Source: Yuukianura sp. NJ FZ-2021 | Taxonomy: Eukaryota | Reading direction: 5' to 3' | DNA: 64,000 bases | NCBI GenBank assembly: GCA_046563655.1 | Contig: CM102290.1 | Span: 6,138,001 to 6,202,000, forward strand | Part shown: positions 1 to 15,000 of the stretch, piece by piece | Layout of the letters: the number at the start of each line of letters is the position of its first letter | Numbering within the stretch: position 1 is the first letter of the stretch | Notes under the pieces: model-generated | What the model saw: only the letters and a program-made list of their open reading frames with translations | What the model was told of the DNA's origin: nothing | Databases searched by the model: none | Made by a program: the position numbers and the translations under genes

Positions 1-3000
1 CGAAGCTAAAAGTGTAAAGAAACGAACTCTGTCAAGTCAAACTGAAAAAGAAAGAAAAATTGCTACTAGATGTTTTCATAATTCTGAACTTACATATATT
101 TGTTTACAACGTTAGAGCTGAAACTACTAATAGTTCCCGCCCTACTTACCCATAATGTCTATTCACATAGTGAGCACAAGCAATTATGTTAGCCTATTTT
201 TACCTAACTTTAACACTACGAAGCTAAACCGTAAGTTTACAACAAGTGACCGCCTTCCTGCATTCTTAATAAAAACAAAATAATAAATGTTCTAGAAAGC
301 TACAACTGCCTGTTCTGACAAGAGAAATAAACTTTAGGCCGTTGCTCAGGGTGCTCGTGCTTCAGCTTAAGCTAATAAAACTTTTGACACGTAAGAAATG
401 TTTTTGTAACAAGCTAGCGTGAACGCTGTGTAGAAACACTGAGGAGTTAGTTCGAACACGGTACCGGGTTTCTACAATTTGGAACACTAGACCAAATCTT
501 TTCAAGTGTCGAGAACTTTACTCAGAATCAAATCAGTCCAGTCAGATTTGGAATTAGTACTAGAACGAAGCTAAAAGAGTAAAGAAACGAACTCTGTCAA
601 GTCAAACTGAAAAAGAAAAGAAAAATTGCTACTAGATGTTTTCATAATTCTGAACTTATATATATTTGTTTACAACGTTAGAGCTGAAACTCCTAATAGT
701 TCTCGCCCTTACTTACCCATAATGTCTATTCACATAGTGAGCACAAGCAATTATGTTAGCCTATTTTTACCTAGCTTTAACACTACGAAGCTAAACCGTA
801 AGTTTACAGAAATGTGACCGCCTTCCTGCATTCTTAATAAAAACAAAATAAGAAATGTTCTAGAAAGCTACAAGTGCCTGTTCTGACAAGAGAAACGACT
901 TTAGGCCGTTGCTCAGGGTGCTCGTGCTTCAGCTTAAGCTAATAAAACTTTTGACACGTAAGAAATGTTTCTGTAACAAGCTAGCGTGAACGCTGTGTAG
1001 AAACACTGAGGAGTTAGTTCGAACACGGTACCGGGTTTCTACAATTTGGAACACTAGACCAATCTTTTCAAGTGTCGAGAACTTTACTCAGAATCAAATC
1101 ATTCTAGTCAGATTTGGAATTAGTACTAGAACCAAGCTAAAAGTGTAAAGAAACGAACTCTGTCAAGTCAAACTGAAAAAGAAAGACAAATTGCTACTAG
1201 ATGTTTTCATAATTCTGAACTTATATATATTTGTTTACAACGTTAGAGCTGAAACTCCTAATAGTTCTCGCCCTACTTACCCATAATGTCTATTCACATA
1301 GTGAGCACAAGCAATTATGTTAGCCTATTTTTACCTAGCTTTAACACTACGAAGCTAAACCGTAAGTTTACAACACGTGACCGCCTTCCTGCATTCTTAA
1401 TAAAAACAAAATAATAAATGTTCTAAAAAGCTACAACTGCCTGTTCTGACAAGAGAAATAAACTTTAGGCCGTTGCTCAGGGTGCTCGTGCTTCAGCTTA
1501 AGCTAATAAAACCTTTGACACGTAAGAAATGTTTCTGTAACAAGCTAGCGTGAACGCTGTGTAGAAACACTGAGGAGTTAGTTCGAACACGGTACCGGGT
1601 TTCTACAATTTGGAACACTAGACCAATCTTTTCAAGTGTCGAGAACTTTACTCAGAATCAAATCAGTCTAGTCAGATTTGGAATTAGTACTAGAACGAAG
1701 CTAAAAGAGTAAAGAAACGAACTCTGTCAAGTCAAACTGAAAAAGAAAGAAAAATTGCTACTAGATGTTTTCATAATTCTGAACTTATATATATTTGTTT
1801 ACAACGTTAGAACTGAAACTCCTAATAGTTCTCGCCTTACTTACCCATAATGTCTATTCACATAGTGAGCACAAGCAATTATGTTAGCCTATTTTTACCT
1901 AGCTTTAACACTACGAAGCTAAACCGTAAGTTTACAGAAATGTGACCGCCTTCCTGCATTATTAATAAAAACAAAATAATAAATGTTCTAGAAAGCTACA
2001 AGTGCCTGTTCTGACAAGAGAAACGCCTTTAGGCCGTTGCTCAGGGTGCTCGTGCTTCAGCTTAAGCTAATAAAACCTTTGACACGTAAGAAATGTTTCT
2101 GTAACAAGCTAGCGTGAACGCTGTGTAGAAACACTGAGGAGTTAGTTCGAACACGGTACCGGGTTTCTACAATTTGGAACACTAGACAAATCTTTTCAAG
2201 TATCGAGAACTTTACTCAGAATCAAATCAGTCCAGTCAGATTTGGAATTAGTACTAGAACGAAGCTAAAAGAGTAAAGAAACGAACTCTGTCAAGTCAAA
2301 CTGAAAAAGAAAGAAAAATTGCTACTAGATGTTTTCATAATTCTGAACTTACATATATTTGTTTACAACGTTAGAACTGAAACTCCTAATAGTTCTCGCC
2401 TTACTTACCCATAATGTCTATTCACATAGTGAGCACAAGCAATTATGTTAGCCTATTTTTACCTAGCTTTAACACTACGAAGCTAAACCGTAAGTTTACA
2501 GAAATGTGACCGCCTTCCTGCATTCTTAATAAAAACAAAATAATAAATGTTCTAGAAAGCTACAAGTGCCTGTTCTGACAAGAGAAACGACTTTAGGCCG
2601 TTGCTCAGGGTGCTCGTGCTTCAGCTTAAGCTAATAAAACTTTTGACACGTAAGAAATGTTTCTGTAACAAGCTAGCGTGAACGCTGTGTAGAAACACTG
2701 AGGAGTTAGTTCGAACACGGTACCGGGTTTCTACAATTTGGAACACTAGACAAATCTTTTCAAGTGTCGAGAACTTTACTCAGAATCAAATCAGTCCAGT
2801 CAGATTTGGAATTAGTACTAGAACGAAGCTAAAAGTGTAAAGAAACGAACTCTGTCAAGTCAAACTGAAAAAGAAAGAAAAATTGCTACTAGATGTTTTC
2901 ATAATTCTGAACTTACATATATTTGTTTACAACGTTAGAGCTGAAACTACTAATAGTTCCCGCCCTACTTACCCATAATGTCTATTCACATAGTGAGCAC

Positions 3001-6000
3001 AAGCAATTATGTTAGCCTATTTTTACCTAACTTTAACACTACGAAGCTAAACCGTAAGTTTACAACAAGTGACCGCCTTCCTGCATTCTTAATAAAAACA
3101 AAATAATAAATGTTCTAGAAAGCTACAACTGCCTGTTCTGACAAGAGAAATAAACTTTAGGCCGTTGCTCAGGGTGCTCGTGCTTCAGCTTAAGCTAATA
3201 AAACTTTTGACACGTAAGAAATGTTTCTGTAACAAGCTAGCGTGAACGCTGTGTAGAAACACTGAGGAGTTAGTTCGAACACGGTACCGGGTTTCTACAA
3301 TTTGGAACACTAGACCAATCTTTTCAAGTGTCGAGAACTTTACTCAGAATCAAATCAGTCCAGTCAGATTTGGAATTAGTACTAGAACGAAGCTAAAAGA
3401 GTAAAGAAACGAACTCTGTCAAGTCAAACTGAAAAAGAAAGAAAAATTGCTACTAGATGTTTTCATAATTCTGAACTTATATATATTTGTTTACAACGTT
3501 AGAGCTGAAACTCCTAATAGTTCTCGCCCTTACTTACCCATAATGTCTATTCACATAGTGAGCACAAGCAATTATGTTAGCCTATTTTTACCTAGCTTTA
3601 ACACTACGAAGCTAAACCGTAAGTTTACAGAAATGTGACCGCCTTCCTGCATTCTTAATAAAAACAAAATAATAAATGTTCTAGAAAGCTACAAGTGCCT
3701 GTTCTGACAAGAGAAACGACTTTAGGCCGTTGCTCAGGGTGCTCGTGCTTCAGCTTAAGCTAATAAAACTTTTGACACGTAAGAAATGTTTCTGTAACAA
3801 GCTAGCGTGAACGCTGTGTAGAAACACTGAGGAGTTAGTTCGAACACGGTACCGGGTTTCTACAATTTGGAACACTAGACCAATCTTTTCAAGTGTCGAG
3901 AACTTTACTCAGAATCAAATCAGTCCAGTCAGATTTGGAATTAGTACTAGAACGAAGCTAAAAGAGTAAAGAAACGAACTCTGTCAAGTCAAACTGAAAA
4001 AGAAAGAAAAATTGCTACTAGATGTTTTCATAATTCTGAACTTACATATATTTGTTTACAACGTTAGAGCTGAAACTACTAATAGTTCCCGCCCTACTTA
4101 CCCATAATGTCTATTCACATAGTGAGCACAAGCAATTATGTTAGCCTATTTTTACCTAACTTTAACACTACGAAGCTAAACCGTAAGTTTACAACAAGTG
4201 ACCGCCTTCCTGCATTCTTAATAAAAACAAAATAATAAATGTTCTAAGAAAGCTACAACTGCCTGTTCTGACAAGAGAAATAAACTTTAGGCCGTTGCTC
4301 AGGGTGCTCGTGCTTCAGCTTAAGCTAATAAAACTTTTGACACGTAAGAAATGTTTCTGTAACAAGCTAGCGTGAACGCTGTGTAGAAACACTGAGGAGT
4401 TAGTTCGAACACGGTACCGGGTTTCTACAATTTGGAACACTAGACCAATCTTTTCAAGTGTCGAGAACTTTACTCAGAATCAAATCAGTCCAGTCAGATT
4501 TGGAATTAGTACTAGAACGAAGCTAAAAGTGTAAAGAAACGAACTCTGTCAAGTCAAACTGAAAAAGAAAGAAAAATTGCTACTAGATGTTTTCATAATT
4601 CTGAACTTACATATATTTGTTTACAACGTTAGAGCTGAAACTCCTAATAGTTCTCGCCTTACTTACCCATAATGACTATTCACATAGTGAGCACAAGCAA
4701 TTATGTTAGCCTATTTTTACCTAACTTTAACACTACGAAGCTAAACCGTAAGTTTACAGAAATGTGACCGCCTTCCTGCATTCTTAATAAAAACAAAATA
4801 ATAAATGTTCTAGAAAGCTACAAGTGCCTGTTCTGACAAGAGAAACGCCTTTAGGCCGTTGCTCAGGGTGCTCGTGCTTCAGCTTAAGCTAATAAAACTT
4901 TTGACACGTAAGAAATGTTTCTGTAACAAGCTAGGGTGAACGCTGTGTAGAAACACTGAGGAGTTAGTTCGAACACGGTACCGGGTTTCTACAATTTGGA
5001 ACACTAGACCAATCTTTTCAAGTGTCGAGAACTTTACTCAGAATCAAATCAGTCCAGTCAGATTTGGAATTAGTACTAGAACGAAGCTAAAAGTGTAAAG
5101 AAACGAACTCTGTCAAGTCAAACTGAAAAAGAAAGAAAAATTGCTACTAGATGTTTTCATAATTCTGAACTTACATATATTTGTTTACAACGTTAGAACT
5201 GAAACTCCTAATAGTTCTCGCCTTACTTACCCATAATGTCTATTCACATAGTGAGCACAAGCAATTATGTTAGCCTATTTTTACCTAACTTTAACACTAC
5301 GAAGCTAAACCGTAAGTTTACAACAAGTGACCGCCTTCCTGCATTCTTAATAAAAACAAAATAATAAATGTTCTAGAAAGCTACAAGTGCCTGTTCTGAC
5401 AAGAGAAACGGCTTTAGGCCGTTGCTCAGGGTGCTCGTGCTTCAGCTTAAGCTAATAAAACTTTTGACACGTAAGAAATGTTTCTGTAACAAGCTAGCGT
5501 GAACGCTGTGTAGAAACACTGAGGAGTTAGTTCGAACACGGTACCGGGTTTCTACAATTTGGAACACTAGACAAATCTTTTCAAGTGTCGAGAACTTTAC
5601 TCAGAATCAAATCAGTCCAGTCAGATTTGGAATTAGTACTAGAACGAAGCTAAAAGTGTAAAGAAACGAACTCTGTCAAGTCAAACTGAAAAAGAAAGAA
5701 AAATTGCTACTAGATGTTTTCATAATTCTGAACTTACATATATTTGTTTACAACGTTAGAGCTGAAACTCCTAATAGTTCTCGCCCTACTTACCCATAAT
5801 GTCTATTCACATAGTGAGCACAAGCAATTATGTTAGCCTATTTTTACCTAGCTTTAACACTACGAAGCTAAACCGTAAGTTTACAGAAATGTGACCGCCT
5901 TCCTGCACTCTTAATAAAAACAAAATAATAAATGTTCTAGAAAGCTACAAGTGCCTGTTCTGACAAGAGAAACGGCTTTAGGCCGTTGCTCAGGGTGCTC

Positions 6001-9000
6001 GTGCTTCAGCTTAAGCTAATAAAACTTTTGACACGTAAGAAATGTTTCTGTAACAAGCTAGCGTGAACGCTGTGTAGAAACACTGAGGAGTTAGTTCGAA
6101 CACGGTACCGGGTTTCTACAATTTGGAACACTAGACCAATCTTTTCAAGTGTCGAGAACTTTACTCAGAATCAAATCAGTCCAGTCAGATTTGGAATTAG
6201 TACTAGAACGAAGCTAAAAGTGTAAAGAAACGAACTCTGTCAAGTCAAACTGAAAAAGAAAGAAAAATTGCTACTAGATGTTTTCATAATTCTGAACTTA
6301 TATATATTTGTTTACAACGTTAGAGCTGAAACTCCTAATAGTTCTCGCCCTACTTACCCATAATGTCTATTCACATAGTGAGCACAAGCAATTATGTTAG
6401 CCTATTTTTACCTAGCTTTAACACTACGAAGCTAAACCGTAAGTTTACAGAAATGTGACCGCCTTCCTGCACTCTTAATAAAAACAAAATAAGAAATGTT
6501 CTAGAAAGCTACAAGTGCCTGTTCTGACAAGAGAAACGGCTTTAGGCCGTTTCTCAGGGTGCTCGTGCTTCAGCTTAAGCTAATAAAACTTTTGACACGT
6601 AAGAAATGTTTCTGTAACAAGCTAGCGTGAACGCTGTGTAGAAACACTGAGGAGTTAGTTCGAACACGGTACCGGGTTTCTACAATTTGGAACACTAGAC
6701 CAATCTTTTCAAGTGTCGAGAACTTTACTCAGAATCAAATCAGTCCTAGTCAGATTTGGAATTAGTACTAGAACCAAGCTAAAAGTGTAAAGAAACGAAC
6801 TCTGTCAAGTCAAACTGAAAAAGAAAGACAAATTGCTACTAGATGTTTTCATAATTCTGAACTTATATATATTTGTTTACAACGTTAGAGCTGAAACTCC
6901 TAATAGTTCTCGCCCTACTTACCCATAATGTCTATTCACATAGTGAGCACAAGCAATTATGTTAGCCTATTTTTACCTAGCTTTAACACTACGAAGCTAA
7001 ACCGTAAGTTTACAACAAGTGACCGCCTTCCTGCATTCTTAATAAAAACAAAATAATAAATGTTCTAGAAAGCTACAACTGCCTGTTCTGACAAGAGAAA
7101 TAAACTTTAGGCCGTTGCTCAGGGTGCTCGTGCTTCAGCTTAAGCTAATAAAACCTTTGACACGTAAGAAATGTTTCTGTAACAAGCTAGCGTGAACGCT
7201 GTGTAGAAACACTGAGGAGTTAGTTCGAACACGGTACCGGGTTTCTACAATTTGGAACACTAGACAAATCTTTTCAAGTGTCGAGAACTTTACTCAGAAT
7301 CAAATCAGTCCAGTCAGATTTGGAATTAGTACTAGAACGAAGCTAAAAGAGTAAAGAAACGAACTCTGTCAAGTCAAACTGAAAAAGAAAGAAAAATTGC
7401 TACTAGATGTTTTCATAATTCTGAACTTACATATATTTGTTTACAACGTTAGAGCTGAAACTACTAATAGTTCCCGCCCTACTTACCCATAATGTCTATT
7501 CACATAGTGAGCACAAGCAATTATGTTAGCCTATTTTTACCTAACTTTAACACTACGAAGCTAAACCGTAAGTTTACAACAAGTGACCGCCTTCCTGCAT
7601 TCTTAATAAAAACAAAATAATAAATGTTCTAGAAAGCTACAAGTGCCTGTTCTGACAAGAGAAATAAACTTTAGGCCGTTGCTCAGGGTGCTCGTGCTTC
7701 AGCTTAAGCTAATAAAACTTTTGACACGTAAGAAATGTTTCTGTAACAAGCTAGCGTGAACGCTGTGTAGAAACACTGAGGAGTTAGTTCGAACACGGTA
7801 CCGGGTTTCTACAATTTGGAACACTAGACAAATCTTTTCAAGTGTCGAGAACTTTACTCAGAATCAAATCAGTCCAGTCAGATTTGGAATTAGTACTAGA
7901 ACGAAGCTAAAAGTGTAAAGAAACGAACTCTGTCAAGTCAAACTGAAAAAGAAAGAAAAATTGCTACTAGATGTTTTCATAATTCTGAACTTACATATAT
8001 TTGTTTACAACGTTAGAGCTGAAACTACTAATAGTTCCCGCCCTACTTACCCATAATGTCTATTCACATAGTGAGCACAAGCAATTATGTTAGCCTATTT
8101 TTACCTAACTTTAACACTACGAAGCTAAACCGTAAGTTTACAACAAGTGACCGCCTTCCTGCATTCTTAATAAAAACAAAATAATAAATGTTCTAAAAAG
8201 CTACAACTGCCTGTTCTGACAAGAGAAATAAACTTTAGGCCGTTGCTCAGGGTGCTCGTGCTTCAGCTTAAGCTAATAAAACTTTTGACACGTAAGAAAT
8301 GTTTCTGTAACAAGCTAGCGTGAACGCTGTGTAGAAACACTGAGGAGTTAGTTCGAACACGGTACCGGGTTTCTACAATTTGGAACACTAGACCAAATCT
8401 TTTCAAGTGTCGAGAACTTTACTCAGAATCAAATCAGTCCAGTCAGATTTGGAATTAGTACTAGAACGAAGCTAAAAGTGTAAAGAAACGAACTCTGTCA
8501 AGTCAAACTGAAAAAGAAAGAAAAATTGCTACTAGATGTTTTCATAATTCTGAACTTACATATATTTGTTTACAACGTTAGAGCTGAAACTACTAATAGT
8601 TCCCGCCCTACTTACCCATAATGTCTATTCACATAGTGAGCACAAGCAATTATGTTAGCCTATTTTTACCTAACTTTAACACTACGAAGCTAAACCGTAA
8701 GTTTACAACAAGTGACCGCCTTCCTGCATTCTTAATAAAAACAAAATAATAAATGTTCTAGAAAGCTACAAGTGCCTGTTCTGACAAGAGAAACGGCTTT
8801 AGGCCGTTGCTCAGGGTGCTCGTGCTTCAGCTTAAGCTAATAAAACTTTTGACACGTAAGAAATGTTTCTGTAACAAGCTAGCGTGAACGCTGTGTAGAA
8901 ACACTGAGGAGTTAGTTCGAACACGGTACCGGGTTTCTACAATTTGGAACACTAGACCAAATCTTTTCAAGTGTCGAGAACTTTACTCAGAATCAAATCA

Positions 9001-12000
9001 GTCCAGTCAGATTTGGAATTAGTACTAGAACGAAGCTAAAAGTGTAAAGAAACGAACTCTGTCAAGTCAAACTGAAAAAGAAAGAAAAATTGCTACTAGA
9101 TGTTTTCATAATTCTGAACTTACATATATTTGTTTACAACGTTAGAGCTGAAACTACTAATAGTTCCCGCCCTACTTACCCATAATGTCTATTCACATAG
9201 TGAGCACAAGCAATTATGTTAGCCTATTTTTACCTAACTTTAACACTACGAAGCTAAACCGTAAGTTTACAACAAGTGACCGCCTTCCTGCATTCTTAAT
9301 AAAAACAAAATAATAAATGTTCTAAAAAGCTACAACTGCCTGTTCTGACAAGAGAAATAAACTTTAGGCCGTTGCTCAGGGTGCTCGTGCTTCAGCTTAA
9401 GCTAATAAAACCTTTTGACACGTAAGAAATGTTTCTGTAACAAGCTAGCGTGAACGCTGTGTAGAAACACTGAGGAGTTAGTTCGAACACGGTACCGGGT
9501 TTCTACAATTTGGAACACTAGACAAATCTTTTCAAGTGTCGAGAACTTTACTCAGAATCAAATCAGTCCAGTCAGATTTGGAATTAGTACTAGAACGAAG
9601 CTAAAAGTGTAAAGAAACGAACTCTGTCAAGTCAAACTGAAAAAGAAAGAAAAATTGCTACTAGATGTTTTCATAATTCTGAACTTACATATATTTGTTT
9701 ACAACGTTAGAGCTGAAACTACTAATAGTTCCCGCCCTACTTACCCATAATGTCTATTCACATAGTGAGCACAAGCAATTATGTTAGCCTATTTTTACCT
9801 AACTTTAACACTACGAAGCTAAACCGTAAGTTTACAACAAGTGACCGCCTTCCTGCATTCTTAATAAAAACAAAATAATAAATGTTCTAGAAAGCTACAA
9901 GTGCCTGTTCTGACAAGAGAAACGGCTTTAGGCCGTTGCTCAGGGTGCTCGTGCTTCAGCTTAAGCTAATAAAACTTTTGACACGTAAGAAATGTTTCTG
10001 TAACAAGCTAGCGTGAACGCTGTGTAGAAACACTGAGGAGTTAGTTCGAACACGGTACCGGGTTTCTACAATTTGGAACACTAGACAAATCTTTTCAAGT
10101 GTCGAGAACTTTACTCAGAATCAAATCAGTCCAGTCAGATTTGGAATTAGTACTAGAACGAAGCTAAAAGTGTAAAGAAACGAACTCTGTCAAGTCAAAC
10201 TGAAAAAGAAAGAAAAATTGCTACTAGATGTTTTCATAATTCTGAACTTACATATATTTGTTTACAACGTTAGAGCTGAAACTACTAATAGTTCCCGCCC
10301 TACTTACCCATAATGTCTATTCACATAGTGAGCACAAGCAATTATGTTAGCCTATTTTTACCTAACTTTAACACTACGAAGCTAAACCGTAAGTTTACAA
10401 CAAGTGACCGCCTTCCTGCATTCTTAATAAAAACAAAATAATAAATGTTCTAAAAAGCTACAACTGCCTGTTCTGACAAGAGAAATAAACTTTAGGCCGT
10501 TGCTCAGGGTGCTCGTGCTTCAGCTTAAGCTAATAAAACCTTTTGACACGTAAGAAATGTTTCTGTAACAAGCTAGCGTGAACGCTGTGTAGAAACACTG
10601 AGGAGTTAGTTCGAACACGGTACCGGGTTTCTACAATTTGGAACACTAGACAAATCTTTTCAAGTGTCGAGAACTTTACTCAGAATCAAATCAGTCCAGT
10701 CAGATTTGGAATTAGTACTAGAACGAAGCTAAAAGTGTAAAGAAACGAACTCTGTCAAGTCAAACTGAAAAAGAAAGAAAAATTGCTACTAGATGTTTTC
10801 ATAATTCTGAACTTACATATATTTGTTTACAACGTTAGAGCTGAAACTACTAATAGTTCCCGCCCTACTTACCCATAATGTCTATTCACATAGTGAGCAC
10901 AAGCAATTATGTTAGCCTATTTTTACCTAACTTTAACACTACGAAGCTAAACCGTAAGTTTACAACAAGTGACCGCCTTCCTGCATTCTTAATAAAAACA
11001 AAATAATAAATGTTCTAGAAAGCTACAAGTGCCTGTTCTGACAAGAGAAACGGCTTTAGGCCGTTGCTCAGGGTGCTCGTGCTTCAGCTTAAGCTAATAA
11101 AACCTTTTGACACGTAAGAAATGTTTCTGTAACAAGCTAGCGTGAACGCTGTGTAGAAACACTGAGGAGTTAGTTCGAACACGGTACCGGGTTTCTACAA
11201 TTTGGAACACTAGACCAAATCTTTTCAAGTGTCGAGAACTTTACTCAGAATCAAATCAGTCCAGTCAGATTTGGAATTAGTACTAGAACGAAGCTAAAAG
11301 TGTAAAGAAACGAACTCTGTCAAGTCAAACTGAAAAAGAAAGAAAAATTGCTACTAGATGTTTTCATAATTCTGAACTTACATATATTTGTTTACAACGT
11401 TAGAGCTGAAACTACTAATAGTTCCCGCCCTACTTACCCATAATGTCTATTCACATAGTGAGCACAAGCAATTATGTTAGCCTATTTTTACCTAACTTTA
11501 ACACTACGAAGCTAAACCGTAAGTTTACAACAAGTGACCGCCTTCCTGCATTCTTAATAAAAACAAAATAATAAATGTTCTAAAAAGCTACAACTGCCTG
11601 TTCTGACAAGAGAAATAAACTTTAGGCCGTTGCTCAGGGTGCTCGTGCTTCAGCTTAAGCTAATAAAACTTTTGACACGTAAGAAATGTTTCTGTAACAA
11701 GCTAGCGTGAACGCTGTGTAGAAACACTGAGGAGTTAGTTCGAACACGGTACCGGGTTTCTACAATTTGGAACACTAGACAAATCTTTTCAAGTGTCGAG
11801 AACTTTACTCAGAATCAAATCAGTCCAGTCAGATTTGGAATTAGTACTAGAACGAAGCTAAAAGGGTAAAGAAACTGAAAAAGAAAGAAAAATTGCTACT
11901 AGATGTTTTCATAATTCTGAACTTACATATATTTGTTTACAACGTTAGAGCTGAAACTACTAATAGTTCCCGCCCTACTTACCCATAATGTCTATTCACA

Positions 12001-15000
12001 TAGTGAGCACAAGCAATTATGTTAGCCTATTTTTACCTAACTTTAACACTACGAAGCTAAACCGTAAGTTTACAACAAGTGACCGCCTTCCTGCATTCTT
12101 AATAAAAACAAAATAATAAATGTTCTAGAAAGCTACAAGTGCCTGTTCTGACAAGAGAAACGGCTTTAGGCCGTTGCTCAGGGTGCTCGTGCTTCAGCTT
12201 AAGCTAATAAAACCTTTGACACGTAAGAAATGTTTCTGTAACAAGCTAGCGTGAACGCTGTGTAGAAACACTGAGGAGTTAGTTCGAACACGGTACCGGG
12301 TTTCTACAATTTGGAACACTAGACAAATCTTTTCAAGTGTCGAGAACTTTACTCAGAATCAAATCAGTCCAGTCAGATTTGGAATTAGTACTAGAACGAA
12401 GCTAAAAGTGTAAAGAAACGAACTCTGTCAAGTCAAACTGAAAAAGAAAGAAAAATTGCTACTAGATGTTTTCATAATTCTGAACTTACATATATTTGTT
12501 TACAACGTTAGAGCTGAAACTACTAATAGTTCCCGCCCTACTTACCCATAATGTCTATTCACATAGTGAGCACAAGCAATTATGTTAGCCTATTTTTACC
12601 TAACTTTAACACTACGAAGCTAAACCGTAAGTTTACAACAAGTGACCGCCTTCCTGCATTCTTAATAAAAACAAAATAATAAATGTTCTAAAAAGCTACA
12701 ACTGCCTGTTCTGACAAGAGAAATAAACTTTAGGCCGTTGCTCAGGGTGCTCGTGCTTCAGCTTAAGCTAATAAAACCTTTGACACGTAAGAAATGTTTC
12801 TGTAACAAGCTAGCGTGAACGCTGTGTAGAAACACTGAGGAGTTAGTTCGAACACGGTACCGGGTTTCTACAATTTGGAACACTAGACAAATCTTTTCAA
12901 GTGTCGAGAACTTTACTCAGAATCAAATCAGTCCAGTCAGATTTGGAATTAGTACTAGAACGAAGCTAAAAGAGTAAAGAAACGAACTCTGTCAAGTCAA
13001 ACTGAAAAAGAAAGAAAAATTGCTACTAGATGTTTTCATAATTCTGAACTTACATATATTTGTTTACAACGTTAGAGCTGAAACTACTAATAGTTCCCGC
13101 CCTACTTACCCATAATGTCTATTCACATAGTGAGCACAAGCAATTATGTTAGCCTATTTTTACCTAACTTTAACACTACGAAGCTAAACCGTAAGTTTAC
13201 AACAAGTGACCGCCTTCCTGCATTCTTAATAAAAACAAAATAATAAATGTTCTAGAAAGCTACAAGTGCCTGTTCTGACAAGAGAAACGGCTTTAGGCCG
13301 TTGCTCAGGGTGCTCGTGCTTCAGCTTAAGCTAATAAAACCTTTGACACGTAAGAAATGTTTCTGTAACAAGCTAGCGTGAACGCTGTGTAGAAACACTG
13401 AGGAGTTAGTTCGAACACGGTACCGGGTTTCTACAATTTGGAACACTAGACAAATCTTTTCAAGTGTCGAGAACTTTACTCAGAATCAAATCAGTCCAGT
13501 CAGATTTGGAATTAGTACTAGAACGAAGCTAAAAGGGTAAAGAAACTGAAAAAGAAAGAAAAATTGCTACTAGATGTTTTCATAATTCTGAACTTACATA
13601 TATTTGTTTACAACGTTAGAGCTGAAACTACTAATAGTTCCCGCCCTACTTACCCATAATGTCTATTCACATAGTGAGCACAAGCAATTATGTTAGCCTA
13701 TTTTTACCTAACTTTAACACTACGAAGCTAAACCGTAAGTTTACAACAAGTGACCGCCTTCCTGCATTCTTAATAAAAACAAAATAATAAATGTTCTAGA
13801 AAGCTACAACTGCCTGTTCTGACAAGAGAAATAAACGGCTTTAGGCCGTTGCTCAGGGTGCTCGTGCTTCAGCTTAAGCTAATAAAACCTTTGACACGTA
13901 AGAAATGTTTCTGTAACAAGCTAGCGTGAACGCTGTGTAGAAACACTGAGGAGTTAGTTCGAACACGGTACCGGGTTTCTACAATTTGGAACACTAGACA
14001 AATCTTTTCAAGTGTCGAGAACTTTACTCAGAATCAAATCAGTCCAGTCAGATTTGGAATTAGTACTAGAACGAAGCTAAAAGAGTAAAGAAACGAACTC
14101 TGTCAAGTCAAACTGAAAAAGAAAGAAAAATTGCTACTAGATGTTTTCATAATTCTGAACTTACATATATTTGTTTACAACGTTAGAGCTGAAACTACTA
14201 ATAGTTCCCGCCCTACTTACCCATAATGTCTATTCACATAGTGAGCACAAGCAATTATGTTAGCCTATTTTTACCTAACTTTAACACTACGAAGCTAAAC
14301 CGTAAGTTTACAACAAGTGACCGCCTTCCTGCATTCTTAATAAAAACAAAATAATAAATGTTCTAGAAAGCTACAAGTGCCTGTTCTGACAAGAGAAACG
14401 GCTTTAGGCCGTTGCTCAGGGTGCTCGTGCTTCAGCTTAAGCTAATAAAACCTTTGACACGTAAGAAATGTTTCTGTAACAAGCTAGCGTGAACGCTGTG
14501 TAGAAACACTGAGGAGTTAGTTCGAACACGGTACCGGGTTTCTACAATTTGGAACACTAGACAAATCTTTTCAAGTGTCGAGAACTTTACTCAGAATCAA
14601 ATCAGTCCAGTCAGATTTGGAATTAGTACTAGAACGAAGCTAAAAGAGTAAAGAAACGAACTCTGTCAAGTCAAACTGAAAAAGAAAGAAAAATTGCTAC
14701 TAGATGTTTTCATAATTCTGAACTTACATATATTTGTTTACAACGTTAGAGCTGAAACTACTAATAGTTCCCGCCCTACTTACCCATAATGTCTATTCAC
14801 ATAGTGAGCACAAGCAATTATGTTAGCCTATTTTTACCTAACTTTAACACTACGAAGCTAAACCGTAAGTTTACAACAAGTGACCGCCTTCCTGCATTCT
14901 TAATAAAAACAAAATAATAAATGTTCTAGAAAGCTACAAGTGCCTGTTCTGACAAGAGAAACGGCTTTAGGCCGTTGCTCAGGGTGCTCGTGCTTCAGCT

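Noticed and set aside
1..565. Satellite A as a 5S rRNA, tRNA, snRNA or histone gene array
   Set aside because: No recognisable RNA gene, pol III boxes or coding sequence by eye. An Rfam search would be needed to exclude this fully.
626..3638. 63-aa ORFs (MLLDVFII...) in satellite A
   Set aside because: They start at TTG, are open only in rare variant monomers, and show no protein-like features.
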